A DNA stretch of 64,000 bases, taken from assembly GCA_963816355.1 (NCBI GenBank), contig CAWFKH010000006.1, forward strand, positions 128,001 to 192,000, written 5' to 3'. Positions 1-11,300 of this stretch are shown piece after piece; the stretch's first letter is position 1; each line of letters starts with the position of its first letter. The DNA comes from an uncultured Gemmatimonadales bacterium. Lineage in GTDB: Bacteria; Gemmatimonadota; Gemmatimonadetes; Longimicrobiales; RSA9. The position numbers and the translations under genes were made by a program. The notes beneath the pieces were generated by a model. It was given only the letters and a program-made list of their open reading frames with translations. It was not told where the DNA came from and searched no databases.

Positions 1-25
1 CACGAGAGCCCGGACCGGCGGCCCG

Positions 26-206
26 GCGAGAAGAATCTCGTAATCGACGCCCATCCGATCGTCGTCATCCGGCTATTGCTCGGAAACCGGGAAGAATCTC
101 GTAATGGTCGAGCGCTCACCGGATCTCTCTCGAGATCTTGCTCGCTTTCCGAGACAAATCCGGATGACGATCTCGGAGCGGACGTCCATTACGAGAAATT
201 GCTCGC
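26..206. repeat. Imperfect ~80-bp inverted repeat with an internal ~61-bp-period direct repeat (GAAGAATCTCGTAAT twice)
   Basis: 26-105 (gcgagaagaatctcgtaatcgacgcccatccgatcgtcgtcatccgg...ctcggaaa) aligns with the reverse complement of ~130-206 (gcgagcaatttctcgtaatggacgtccgctccgagatcgtcatccgg...ctcggaaa). Confidence 0.75.
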
Positions 207-273
207 TCTGCAGGGGGATGCTACGCACCGGCGCCATGCGCAGCGCTCCCACGCCCCCGCGATCTGCCGCTCT

Positions 274-410
274 CCGCCACCGCCCTCGGAACCGCCCCCG
301 CCCTCGGAACCGCCACGCCGTCGGAACCGCCACGCCCTCGGAACCGCCACGCCGTCGGAACCGCCACCGCCGTCGGAACTGCCACGCCGTCGGAACCGCC
401 ACGCCCTCGG
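274..410. repeat. Tandem repeat, ~8 copies of a 17-18 bp unit CCGCCACGCC(G/C)TCGGAA
   Basis: Directly visible in sequence. Confidence 0.9.
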
Positions 411-743
411 CCATCATACCGCGCCCCTCCGCGCCTTCCGCGCCCTCCGCGCCGCAAACCTCCTCGGTGCGGGGAGGCCGCTCGACCCGCGCCCTCCGTT
501 CGACGCTGACAGCGCCTGGATCACCGGCCGGCGTCGCGCCAGAGGAACGTCACGATCCGCGCCCGCTCCAGCCCCCCGCGCCCCCTCCGCGCCCGCTCAA
601 GCCCCCCGCGCCCGCCCTCCGCGTGCGGCACCACGCCAGAGCGTGGCCGTACCCCGCGCCCGCCCCCCGCGCCCGCCCTCCGCGTCCGCACGCAAGGCGG
701 ATCGCCACTGGAGGCGCGCGACGTCGTCGGCTACCTTGCGCGC

Positions 744-1328
744 ATGGACGAGCGATTGGAGCATCAGCTCCGTTTCGTGGCGGAGCTGGACCGGCTGAAG
801 GCGGTGGTGCGGCGGACGTCGCTGCTGGACGGCTCGCGTCGGGAGAACAGCGCGGAGCACTCGTGGCACCTGGCGATGATGGCGCTGGCGCTGGCGGAGC
901 ACGCGCCGGAGGGGATCGACCTGCTGCGCACGGTGTCCATGGTTCTGGTGCACGACGTCGTCGAGATCGACGCCGGCGACGTGTTCTGCTACGACGCCGA
1001 TGCGAGCGAGGGGAAGCAGGAGCGGGAGCGTCGCGCGGCGGAGCGCGTGTTCGGCCTGTTGCCCGGCGCGCAGGGCGAGCCGCTGCGCGAGCTGTGGGAG
1101 GAGTTCGAGGAGGGGCGCACGCCGGAGGCGCGCTTCGCGACGGCGCTGGACCGGCTCGAGCCGCTGCTGCAGAACTACCACAACGCCGGCGGCACGTGGC
1201 GGGAACACGGCATCACGCGCGCGCAGGTGCTCGGGCGCATGGAGCCGATCCGGTCGGCGGCACCGGCGCTGTGGCCGTTCGTGCTGCGCGTCCTCGACGA
1301 GATCGAGGCGGCGGGCGGCCTGGGCTGA
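744..1328 (+). CDS. HD-domain phosphohydrolase (YfbR/HDDC2-like)
   Basis: Motifs LKxxxR, RENSAEHSWH, VHDVVE..GD, ALDRLEP; 194 aa. Confidence 0.9.
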   Translation: MDERLEHQLRFVAELDRLKAVVRRTSLLDGSRRENSAEHSWHLAMMALALAEHAPEGIDLLRTVSMVLVHDVVEIDAGDVFCYDADASEGKQERERRAAERVFGLLPGAQGEPLRELWEEFEEGRTPEARFATALDRLEPLLQNYHNAGGTWREHGITRAQVLGRMEPIRSAAPALWPFVLRVLDEIEAAGGLG

Positions 1329-1343
1329 AGGCGTCGCCGTCGC

Positions 1344-1781
1344 TCAGTCGACGACGACGCTGCGGCGGAGCTCGATCTCCCTGTGGGACGGCTCCTCGCG
1401 ACCCCGAACCACGACCGTGTACTCGCCGGCCGCCGGGACTTCGACGCGGACGGAGTGCTGGAACCTTCGCAGCTCCAGGGTGCAGCCGACCGGGTCGCGG
1501 CGGAACCTGTCGTGCGGAACCACGGTCACCGTGGAACCGGAAATCGAGAACTGCGTGCCGCCGCCCGAATAGCAGCCATTGCCGTACGTGGAGATCGTCA
1601 CGTCGAGGGTCCGGCCGTCGACGACGACCGTGACATTAGGACCGAGACCGTCCACGAGCGCTCCCAGGACGATGTCTTCCGGAATCGACGGCGATGCGCA
1701 TCCTGCCCCGAGCGCCGCGGTCAGGACCGCCGCGCACCACGCTGGTGATCGCAGGGTACACCTCCTCTCTTGGATCATCAA
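1344..1781 (-). CDS. Hypothetical lipoprotein
   Basis: Hydrophobic N-terminus with lipobox LGAGC; two further Cys (GNGC, VGCT); start uncertain. Confidence 0.6.
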   Translation of the reverse strand: MMIQERRCTLRSPAWCAAVLTAALGAGCASPSIPEDIVLGALVDGLGPNVTVVVDGRTLDVTISTYGNGCYSGGGTQFSISGSTVTVVPHDRFRRDPVGCTLELRRFQHSVRVEVPAAGEYTVVVRGREEPSHREIELRRSVVVD

Positions 1782-1839
1782 CAGACGTTAGAGACCTTGT
1801 CCGTCACATCCGTGAGTCCTCGCTTCACGACATCCTCCA

Positions 1840-2148
1840 TCACCGCACCTCAGCTCTCGCTCCCGGCTCCGCCATGAAGGACTCGAACTCCTGCTGAATC
1901 GTCTCCTGGACCAGGCCGCGAAGCCTTTCTCTCAGCAGGTCCTCGGGCGGCTCCCCAGAGACTTGTTCCGCTCTCGCGCCGGCGCTACCCTCCTGTCGGA
2001 GGGGCATTGCCAATCTCCTTGGTTCTGCGGGCAGCTATCCGCGCTTGGACTTCGAGTTTCCCAGAAGATCTGGCGTGGCTCTTCGCCTTGCCAGAACCGC
2101 CGCCCACCCGAAGCTCAGGCGACACTACAGAGATTTTCGCACACTCCC
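1840..2148 (-). mobile_element. IS256-family remnant (left end plus truncated transposase N-terminus, 2007..1840)
   Basis: Minus-strand end GGGAGTGTGCGAAAATCTCTGTAG resembles IS256 IRs; RBS AAGGAG precedes a 55-aa ORF MPLRQEG...DLLRERLRGLVQETIQQEFESFM that resembles the IS256 transposase N-terminus; lower GC. Confidence 0.55.
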
Positions 2149-2164
2149 GCGGACAATTAGTTTC

Positions 2165-3479
2165 GGCTCTTCCGGGTTTCCCATGGGTCGAGGTAGGATG
2201 AGTGCTTCCGAAAGGAGGCGTTCATGGACGATCGCGGGTTGTTACCAGCGCGGTGCTGGGGCTGAGGGAGCCGTGGGTAGTGGAGTCCGTAGAGTTGCGA
2301 CCTGAGCGGGAGGAAGTGCGGGTCGCGAGTCGGTGCGCGGGCCGGGGCGCGGCTGACCTGCCCGGAGTGCGGCCGCGAGAGCCCGGGCTATGATCTGGCG
2401 GAGGAGCGGCGGTGGCGACACCTGGATACGATGCAATACCGGACGATCCTCCACGCGCGAGTCCCTCGCGTGGAATGTGAAGCGCATGGGGTCCGCGCAG
2501 GTGGCCGTGCCCTGGGCGGAGCCGCGAGGCCGTTTCACGGCGCTGTTCGAGGCGTGGGCGATCCGGCTGCTGAGAGAATCGACGGTGGCGGGAGTGGCGG
2601 AGCTCCTGGGCCTCAGCTGGGATGAGGTGGCTCACATCCAGCGGCGGGCCGTGGATCGAGGGTTGGCGCGCCGTTCCCAGGAACCGGTTCGGGTCCTGGG
2701 GATCGACGAGACCAGCTTTCAGAAGCGGCACGAGTACGTGACGGTGGTCAATGACCTCGAGGGGGATCGGGTGCTCTGGGTGGGCGATCACCGGCGGGAG
2801 AGCACGCTTCGTGAATTCTGGGAGAGCCGGCCGGAGGAAGAGCTGCGTGGGCTTCGGGCCATCGTCATGGACATGTGGGATCCCTACATCGCCGCCACGC
2901 GCGACTGTGTGCCCCACGGCCTCTCGAAAATCGTCTTCGATCGGTATCACGTGGCGGCCCACCTGACAACGGCGGTGAGCGAGGTCCGCAAGGCCGAGCA
3001 GCGGGATCTTCGCCGAGCCGGGGAGGGGGCCCGTGCCGCCCAACTGAAAGGCAAACGCTTTGTCCTGGTGCGGGGCGCCGCCAAGCGCACGGCCGCCGAT
3101 GAGGCGGAACTCACCGCGTTGCGTCGCTCAGGCTTCAAGGTCGGGCGCGCCTGGGCCCTGAAGGAGGCGGCGCGGAGCCTCTGGGAGTGTGCTACAGCCG
3201 AGACTGCACTCCGCGCGTTCCAGCGGTGGTACCGCTGGGCCATGCGCTCACGGCTCGAGCCCATGAAGCGAGCCGCCCGCACCATGAAGCGCTACCTCTA
3301 CGGGATCCTACAGTACGCCCGACACCCGTTCACCAATGCCAGGACCGAGGGCATGAATTCCAAGATCCAGCTCATCAAGCACCGCGCTCGAGGCTACCGC
3401 AACCGCGACAACTTCCGGATCGCCATCCTCTTTCACTGCGGCGGCTTGAACATGGACCCACGCTAAATCCGGAAGAGCC
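2165..3479 (+). mobile_element. ISL3-family insertion sequence, 1315 bp, with 25-bp imperfect IRs and 8-bp target-site duplication
   Basis: IRL GGCTCTTCCGGGTTTCCCATGGGTC vs IRR(rc) GGCTCTTCCGGATTTAGCGTGGGTC; TSD TTAGTTTC at 2157-2164 and 3480-3487. Confidence 0.95.
2224..3466 (+). pseudogene. ISL3 transposase, frameshifted (about 3 shifts in the N-terminal zinc-finger region)
   Basis: Pieces in different frames: MDDRG.., AVLGLREPWVVE, LTCPECG..RRWRHLDTMQYRTILHARVPRVECEAHG, QVAVPWAE..GIDET..MDMW..FDRYHV..TNARTEGMNSKIQLIKHRARGYRN. Confidence 0.85.
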
Positions 3480-3502
3480 TTAGTTTCTAATCCCGGACTC
3501 TC

Positions 3503-4142
3503 ATGGGCGGGCTGGAGCAAGCCTTCCGATTCTTCGGCGGTGTGCCGAAGGAGCTGCTCTTCAACCAGAATGTGGGCCGTGGTGGTCCGGGATCTCCGCC
3601 CGGACAGTGGGCCGCTGGTCGAGAATGCGGAGTTTCTCCGTTTCGCAGCGCCCTGGGGCGTCCGGGCACGGGCCTGCCGTCCGTATCTGACTCGGAGCCC
3701 AGATCCAGCTGATCCTCCTGGGCCCCACCCGGCGTGGGAATGACGGACCTCGCCAGCAGCCTGGCGATTGCCGCGGCCCAGCATGGCCGGCGGGTCTACT
3801 GCGGCACGATTGCCGACCTGATCACGTCTCTGGAAGAGGCGGAGGCCGCTTGCCGCTTTCAACAACGCCTGAAGGTCCTCACGCACCCCGCGCTCCCGGT
3901 GGTGGCCGAGATCGGCGATCTCCCCATTTCCCGGACCGGCGCCATGCTCTTCTTACAGCTGATGACGCGGCGCTACGAGCGCGCCTCGACGCAGGCCCTG
4001 CGCGGCGAAACCGAGCCCGCCGCCCCTCACCCCGGCGCCCGAAGGAAGAAGGAGATCACGACCGGCTGACCGGGCTCGTCACCCCCGCCGAGCCTGGGAC
4101 ATTGTTCACGCGGCGCTGGTGGGACATTGTCCTGCGTTGACA
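3503..4142 (+). mobile_element. IS21-family remnant (degraded istA and istB fragments plus right end)
   Basis: AFRFFGGVPKELLF..ENAEFLRFA..ACRPY (IstA); ADLITSLEEA..EIGDLP..LFLQLMTRRYERAS (IstB with decayed Walker motifs); repeated GGGACATT boxes and terminal ...TTGACA. Confidence 0.8.
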
Positions 4143-4400
4143 GCCGGCTCCGCGGCAGGAGCCCGCCGGGATCGTCGTGGAGCCGCGTCGCACGTCGCGC
4201 CTCTGCAACTCCTTCTCCCTCGAACGCATGCGTTCGGCTGGCGGCGTCGACGGTGTCGCGCCCCTGCCCCGGCGCCGCCCGCAACGCGTTGCGCGCCGCG
4301 GACGCCGCGCCGCGCCGCGGACGCCGCGCCGCGCTGCGGACACCGCGCCGCCCGCCGTGCATCCTGGAAACAACCCGGGCCGCCTCGGCGTATGACTTCG

Positions 4401-4535
4401 AGGGGCCGCTGGGGCCGCTGGGGCCGCTGGGGCCGCTGGGGCCGCTGGGGCCGCTGGGGGTGCTGGGCCCGCCGGGCCCGCGGTCCGGGGCCCGCTGGGC
4501 CCGCTGGGCCCGGGGTCCGGGGCCCACTGGGCCCG
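4401..4535. repeat. 9-bp tandem repeat (GGGGCCGCT) x6 followed by degenerate GGGCCC palindromic units
   Basis: Directly visible. Confidence 0.85.
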
Positions 4536-4696
4536 CGCGGCCTTCTAGGTCCGCTGGACCCGCGTGTCGCCGGCGCCGCCGTTTGGTGTCGGCGCGAAGC
4601 GATGGGCGCGCTGCGGCTGCTCGCCAGCGTCGTCCACGGCGCGCCGTCGAGCGTGAGCGACCCGGCGCATTTCAGTTAAATCCGAGAGGAGAGTCG

Positions 4697-7600
4697 ATGA
4701 TGGAGTCGATCCGGCCGCGCGTCGCGCTGGCGGCGCTGGCGGCGGCGTTGCTCTGGTGCGTCGCCGCACTCCCCGTCGCCGCGCAGACGCGGCTGCTCCG
4801 CTTCCCCGACATCCACGGCGACGAGGTCGTCTTCACGTACGCGGGCGACCTGTGGCGCGCGAGCGCGGATGGCGGGACCGCGATCCGTCTCACGGCCGCG
4901 CCCGGCCAGGAGCTTTTCGCGAAGTTCTCGCCGGACGGCCAGTGGATCGCGTTCACCGGGCAGTACGACGGCGACGAGCAGGTGTACGTGATGCCGGCGG
5001 GCGGCGGAGTGCCGAAGCAGCTCACGTACTATCCGGCGAACGGTCCGCTGCCACCACGCTGGGGCTACGACAACCAGGTCTACGGCTGGACCGCGGACGG
5101 GAAGGGGATCCTGTTCCGCTCCGGTCGCGACAGTTGGGATCTGGCGACGCAGCACCTCTACACCGTGCCGGCGGCGGGCGGCCTTCCGGTGCAGCTGCCG
5201 ATGCCGCGCGCCGGCGCGGGCGCCTTCTCCCCGAACGGCCGTCAGGTCCTCTACTCGCCGCTCTTCCGGGACTTCCGCGCGTGGAAGCGCTATTCGGGCG
5301 GCTGGGCCGAGGACCTGTGGGTGTTCGACCTCGCCAGTCACGACGCGAAGAACATCACGAACGACCCGCGCACGGATCGCGACCCGATGTGGATCGGCGG
5401 CCGCATCTACTTCGACTCCGACCGCACCGGCACGCTCAATCTCTACTCCGTCGACCCGGGCGGCAGCGACCTGAAGCAGCTCACGCACGGCACGACGTGG
5501 GACGTGCGCTGGCCGAGCGCGGACGCGGACGGCCGCATCGTCTACGAGCTGGCGGGCGAGCTGCACGTCTTCGACACGAAGGGCGCTCAGGACCGCAAGC
5601 TCGACATCACCGTCCCCGACGACGGCCTCGCCGCCCGCCCGCGCCACGAGAACGTCGCGCGCTGGATGGAGGAGTTCAGCCTCAGCCCCAAGGGAGAGCG
5701 CGCGCTCTTCGTCGCCCGCGGCGATGTCTTCACCGCGCCGATCGAGGACGGCCCCACGCGCAACCTGACCCACACCTCCAATGCGCACGACAAGGGCGCG
5801 GCGTGGTCGCCGGACGGCCGCAAGATCCTCTTCATCTCGGACATGAGCGGTGAGGAGGAGCTCTACCTGATCGACCAGGACGGCAGCGGCAAGCCGGAGC
5901 GCCTCACCACCGATGGCGACGTCATGCGCAACACGCCGCAGTGGGCGCCGGACGGCAAGCACATCTCCTTCTCCGACGCGCGCGGCCGCCTCTGGGTGCT
6001 CGACCCCGCGAGCCGCCGGAGCACGCTCGTCGCGCGCGACACCGGCGGCACGATGTTCGACCAGAACTGGTCCGCCGACGGCCGCTGGCTCGCCTTCAGC
6101 ATGGGCGACGCTGCGGGCTTCCGCTCCCTCTACATCTGGGGCCTCGACGACGCCGCGCCGCACCGCGTCACCGACGGCATGACGAACGCCTTCGAGCCGG
6201 TCTTCGGTCCGGACGGCGATTACCTCTTCTTCTTCAGCGACCGCGAGTACGCGCCGCAGATCAGCTCCGCCGAGTGGGACTTCGCGACGACGCGCACAAC
6301 CGGCATCTACGCGCTCGCCCTGCGCAAGGACGTGCCGCCGCCGTTCCCGCCGAAGAGCGACGAGGTCGAGATCGACAGCGCGAGCGCGGCCGGCAAGGCA
6401 GGCGGCGCGAAGGGCGCGAAGGACGGCGGCGCGAAAGGCGCGAAGGACGGCGGCGCGAAGGACGGCGCGAAGGAGCCCGCCGCGGGCAAGGGCGCCGCGT
6501 CCCCGGTCCGCATCGACTTCGACGGCCTCGCCGCCCGCGTCGAGCGGGTGCCCGTCGAGGCGGACAACTACCGCGGTCTTCTCGCCGTGAAGGGCAAGCT
6601 CGTCTACTCCCGCGGCGGCCCCTTCGTCTACGGCCGCGACTCCGGTCAGGAGCCGGCGCTGATCCTCTTCGACATGAAGGAGCGCAAGCCGACGACGCTC
6701 GCCGAGGGGATCGGCGGCTACGCCCTCTCCGCGGACGGTTCGAAGATCCTCGTCCGCGAGGGCCGCAGCTTCAATCTCTACAGCATCGCCGGGGGGGCGA
6801 GTTCGAAGAAGACCGTGTCGACCGCCGGGCTCGACGCCGACATCGTGCCGAAGCAGGAGTGGAACGAGATCTACGACGAGGTGTGGCGCCGCTTCCGGGA
6901 CTTCTTCTACGTCTCGAACATGAACGGCTACGACTGGAAGGCGCTGCGCGAGCAGTACCGGCCGCTGCTCCAGTACGTCGGTGACCGCTCCGATCTCGAC
7001 TACGTGCTCAACGAGATGATCGCCGAGCTGAGCAACTCGCACACCTACATCTCCGGCGGCGATCACCGGCTCCCGGACCGCGCCCGCGTGGCCCTGCCCG
7101 GCGCGCGCTTCGCGCTCGATGCCGCGTCCGGCCGTTACCGCATCGCCTCCATCATGACCGGCGACAACGCCGAGCCGGAGTATCGCGCGCCGCTGACCGA
7201 GATCGGCGTCGACGCGCGCGTGGGCGATTACGTCCTCGAGATCGACGGCGAGGAGCTGAAGGCGCCCGACAACCCGTACCGGCTGCTGCGCAACCGCGCC
7301 GACCACCCGGTCGCGCTCACGCTCAACGACCGCCCGAACATGGAAGGCGCGCGCACCGTCGCCTTCAAGCCGATCACCAGCGAGGAGAAGCTCGTCTACT
7401 ACGGCTGGGTGGCGAAGAACCGCGAGCGCGTCGAGAAGATGACGAACGGCCGCGTCGCCTACATGCACCTGCCGGACATGGGCGCCGACGGCATCTACGA
7501 GTTCGTCAAGTGGTACTATCCGCAGATCCGCAAGGAGGGGATGATCGTCGACGTGCGCGGCAACGGCGGCGGCAACATCTCCTCGATGGTGATCCAGCGC

Positions 7601-8080
7601 CTCAGCGAGACGCTCCTCGCCTCCGGCTACTCGCGCAACAGCGACTTCCCAGACACGTACCCGCGCGGCCCGATCTTCCATGGCGCGCTCGTCGCGCTGC
7701 TCAACGAGACCTCCGCTTCCGACGGCGACATCTTCCCCGCCATGTTCAAGCAGGCGAAGCTCGGTCCGCTGATCGGCAAGCGCTCGTGGGGCGGCGTGAC
7801 CGGCATCACCAGCCACGGCCCCCTGATCGACGGCGGCGGCGTGAACGTGCCGGAGTTCGGCTTCATCGGCGTCGACGGCTCGTGGATCATCGAGGGCCAC
7901 GGGGTCGATCCGGACATCGTCGTCGAGAACGACCCGAAGTCGGTCATCGACGGCGACGACCCGCAGCTCGAACGCGCCGTGCAGGAGGTGCTGAAGGAGA
8001 TGCAGCAGAATCCGCAGCACCTGCCCGCCCGCCCCGCGCCGCCGAACCGCGCGCCCGCCAAGCGCGGCTCCGGCGGCTGA
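4697..8080 (+). CDS. Tricorn-like S41 family protease (beta-propellers, PDZ, catalytic domain), exported
   Basis: RBS GAGAGGAG before ATG 4697; signal peptide; TRLLRFPDIHGD; PD40 repeats (FSPDG, WSPDG); DVRGNGGG; SASDGD; IGKRSWGG; IEGHGVDPD. Confidence 0.92.
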   Translation: MMESIRPRVALAALAAALLWCVAALPVAAQTRLLRFPDIHGDEVVFTYAGDLWRASADGGTAIRLTAAPGQELFAKFSPDGQWIAFTGQYDGDEQVYVMPAGGGVPKQLTYYPANGPLPPRWGYDNQVYGWTADGKGILFRSGRDSWDLATQHLYTVPAAGGLPVQLPMPRAGAGAFSPNGRQVLYSPLFRDFRAWKRYSGGWAEDLWVFDLASHDAKNITNDPRTDRDPMWIGGRIYFDSDRTGTLNLYSVDPGGSDLKQLTHGTTWDVRWPSADADGRIVYELAGELHVFDTKGAQDRKLDITVPDDGLAARPRHENVARWMEEFSLSPKGERALFVARGDVFTAPIEDGPTRNLTHTSNAHDKGAAWSPDGRKILFISDMSGEEELYLIDQDGSGKPERLTTDGDVMRNTPQWAPDGKHISFSDARGRLWVLDPASRRSTLVARDTGGTMFDQNWSADGRWLAFSMGDAAGFRSLYIWGLDDAAPHRVTDGMTNAFEPVFGPDGDYLFFFSDREYAPQISSAEWDFATTRTTGIYALALRKDVPPPFPPKSDEVEIDSASAAGKAGGAKGAKDGGAKGAKDGGAKDGAKEPAAGKGAASPVRIDFDGLAARVERVPVEADNYRGLLAVKGKLVYSRGGPFVYGRDSGQEPALILFDMKERKPTTLAEGIGGYALSADGSKILVREGRSFNLYSIAGGASSKKTVSTAGLDADIVPKQEWNEIYDEVWRRFRDFFYVSNMNGYDWKALREQYRPLLQYVGDRSDLDYVLNEMIAELSNSHTYISGGDHRLPDRARVALPGARFALDAASGRYRIASIMTGDNAEPEYRAPLTEIGVDARVGDYVLEIDGEELKAPDNPYRLLRNRADHPVALTLNDRPNMEGARTVAFKPITSEEKLVYYGWVAKNRERVEKMTNGRVAYMHLPDMGADGIYEFVKWYYPQIRKEGMIVDVRGNGGGNISSMVIQRLSETLLASGYSRNSDFPDTYPRGPIFHGALVALLNETSASDGDIFPAMFKQAKLGPLIGKRSWGGVTGITSHGPLIDGGGVNVPEFGFIGVDGSWIIEGHGVDPDIVVENDPKSVIDGDDPQLERAVQEVLKEMQQNPQHLPARPAPPNRAPAKRGSGG

Positions 8081-8186
8081 TCCGGCCAGGGGGCCGGGGC
8101 CACGAGGCAGGGCTCCGGCGCCGGGCTCCGGGGGCCGATCCGTCTACGCGGGTCGGCCCCCGCGGCGCTCGGCCGGCCATGTTCGG

Positions 8187-8282
8187 CCCAGACCCCCGTA
8201 CCCCAGACCCCCGTACCCCAGACCCCCCCAGACCCCCGTACCCCAGACCCCCCCCAGACCCCCTCCGCAGACCCCAGACCGA
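8187..8282. repeat. C-rich tandem repeat CCCCAGACCCCCGTA between convergent genes
   Basis: Directly visible, ~7 degenerate copies. Confidence 0.85.
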
Positions 8283-8323
8283 CCTACTCAGCCTCGCCCT
8301 CCCACGCCCCAGACTCCTCGCCC

Positions 8324-11300
8324 CTACCCGACTTCCCCCAGCACCCTCCCCATCTCCCCCACCAGACGCTCCGCGTCCTCCTCTCCGAACACGAGCGGCG
8401 GCTTCACCTTCAACACATCGTGTTCCGGCCCGTCGATGCCGACCAGGATCCCCCGGTCGCGCAGCCGCTCGGCCACGTAGGCGGTGAGGCGCGGCGCCGG
8501 CTCCCGCGTCTCGCGCCCGCGCACCAGCTCGACCCCCACGTAGAGGCCGAGTCCGCGGACGTCGCCGATCGCGTCGTGCGTCTCCATGAGGCTTCGCAGC
8601 CCGTCGATCAGCCGGCCGCCCACGCAGCGGGCGCGCTCCTGCAGTCCCTCCGCCTCGATCACGTCGAGCACGGCGAGGCCGACGGCGCAGGAGACCGGAT
8701 TGCCGCCGAACGTGTTGAAGTACTCCATGCCGTTGTCGAACGACGCGGCGATCTCCGGCGTGGTCACCACGGCCCCCATCGGATGGCCGTTCCCGATGGG
8801 CTTGCCCAGCGTCACGATGTCCGGCACCGCGCCCTGCGACTCGAACGCCCAGAAGTGCGTGCCGACGCGGCCGAACCCCACCTGCACCTCGTCGGCGACG
8901 CACACGCCGCCCGCGGCGCGCACGTGGCGGAACGCCTCGGCAAGGTAGCCGGCGGGCGGCACGATCTGGCCGCCGCAGCCGAGCAGCGGCTCCGCGAAGA
9001 ACGCGGCCGGACGACGGCCGTCGAGCGCCAGCGCGTCGAGCGCGCGGCGGACGTCGTCGGCGTAGCGTCGCCCCACTTCCTCGCCGGCGCCCCGGTAACG
9101 CCCGCGATACGGATCCGGCAACGCCGCGATGCGCACGTGCGGCGGCGCGCCGGCGCCGCCCGGGCCGTGGAACTTGTACGGGCTGATGTCGACGAGCGCC
9201 GACGTGTTGCCGTGGTACGCGCCTTCGATCACGACGACATCGCGGGCGCCGGTGTGCGCGCGCGCCAAGCGCAGCGCCAGCTCGTTCGCCTCGCTGCCGG
9301 AGCAGACGAAGTAGCAGACGCGGAGCGGCTCCGGCAGCGTCGCCGTCAGCCGCTCGGCGTAATGGAGGATCGTCTCGTGGAGGTAGCGCGTGTTCGTGTT
9401 CAGCACCGCCGCCTGCCGCCGCAGCGCCTCGACGACGCGCGGGTGCGAATGGCCCACGTGCGCGACGTTGTTGACCGCGTCGAGATACGGCCGCCCCTCG
9501 GCGTCGTAGAGGTGCTGCATCCAGCCGCGCACGATGTGCAGCGGCCGCCGGTATGCCACGCTGAGCGAGGGTCCGAGAAGGCGACGTCGCCGATCGAGGA
9601 TGCCGGCCGCGTCGACGTCCCCGGCGCCCACGTGCGCCACGGCGCGTTGGCCGTCCGCCTGCGGCGTGCCGCTGCCGGCGCCCTCCCCGTCCCATTCGGG
9701 CGTGAGCGCCGGTACGCGCAGCAGCAGGTTCGGGTCGGGCGAGAGCGAGAGCCAGGTGCGGCGCTCCGACGGGCGCGCGACGCCGGGGAAGTCGCCCTCG
9801 CGGCCCAGCGTGTCCACGACGATCTGGAAGTGCAGGTGCGGCGCCCAGCCGCCGTTGCGCGGGGGAGCACCCACGCTTCCGATGCGCTCGCCGCGCCGCA
9901 CCGCGCGTCCCACCGCGAGGGCGTCGAGCGAGGCCGGGTCGAGGTGGCCGTAGAGCGTGTGGAAGGCGACGCCGCCCGCCTCCGGCTCGTGGCGCAGCAC
10001 GATCGTCGGCCCGTAGTCGAGCCGTCCGACGTTGTCGCGGTACGAGTGGACGGTGCCGTCGAGCGGCGCGAAGACCGGCGCGCCCGGCTCGGCGAAGAGG
10101 TCGATCCCGAGGTGGACCGTGCGCCACTCCGGCCCCTCGTCGCCGTCGACGCGGAAGAGGTCGGAGGCGTACCAGCGCCGCGCCTCGTCCCAGCGCCCCA
10201 CGCCCAGCGTCGCGCCCTCCGCGCGCATGCGGCCGAAGATCGCCTCGGCCCACGCGGCGGCGTCGTCGTCGCGGCCGAGCACGGCGTCGAGCTCGAGCGA
10301 GCCGACGCTCAGGTCGAAGACGACGGCGGGCGCCGTCCGCGGGTCCGGCTCCAGCACGGGCGCCGCGCCGCCACCGTGCGCGCGCAGCCATGCGACGACG
10401 GCGGGCGCGGCGGGACACGGCTCGAGGCCGCACGCGTCGCGCAGCGCGTAGTGCGCGAACGACGCATCGACGCCCGCCAGCCGCTCGAGCAGCGCCCACG
10501 CGGGCGCCTCGCTCACCGACAGATACTCGTTGTCCGGCCGCTCCGCGCGCTGCCGCGCGGAGAGCACGACGCTCGTGCACAGGCGCAGCAGGGCGAGCGG
10601 CCACACCGCCGCCAGCTCGGCTTCGCGCAGCGCATTCGCCGCGTGGTAGCCGCCGACGACCGCGGCCGCGGCCGCGAGCGGGTCCCGCTTGCCGAGCATC
10701 GCGTACGCCGCCGCGATCGCCGGCTCCGCCGCCAGCCACGTCCGCATCACGTCGCCGAAGTCGACGAGGCCCGCGACGCGCCACGGCGCGAGCGGATCCT
10801 CAGCGGCCGCGCGCGCGACCAGCACGTTGTGGTCGTTGCCGTCGCCGTGTATCACCGCCTCGCGCAGCGCGCCGAGGTGCGGCGTGGCGCGCTCACGGAA
10901 GATGGCCGCGTGGTGCGCCACGAGCGCGCGGCGCGCGGCATCGCCGACCGCCGCGAGGTTCTCCGCGATCACGTCGAGGCCGCGGCGCGGATCCCAGTGC
11001 AGCGGCCGCCGCGCGCCGGGGTGGTCGAAGGCGTCGAGCGCGCGGTCGATGGCGCCGAACATCGCCCCCACTTCACGGAGCAGCGCCGACGAATGCGGCC
11101 GCGCGGCGGCGAGCGGCCGGCCCGGCACCCATTCGAGCAGGCGTACGGCGTGGCGCGCGCCGTCGGCGCCGACGACGTGCGCGATCGTGCCGCCCTCGCC
11201 TCCCGACAGAGGCCGCGGCCGCGGGAAGGTGTAGGCGCCGCCGCCGCGGATCCGGTCGAGCATCGCTTCCTGACACGCCAGCAGCGCGGGATCCTCGCCG

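Noticed and set aside
274..410. Possible CRISPR array
   Set aside because: Units are contiguous 17-18-mers with no unique spacers, and there are no cas genes
4127..4696. N-terminal extension of the tricorn ORF with collagen-like GPL repeats
   Set aside because: Arises from an intergenic 9-bp DNA repeat; the RBS and signal peptide place the start at 4697
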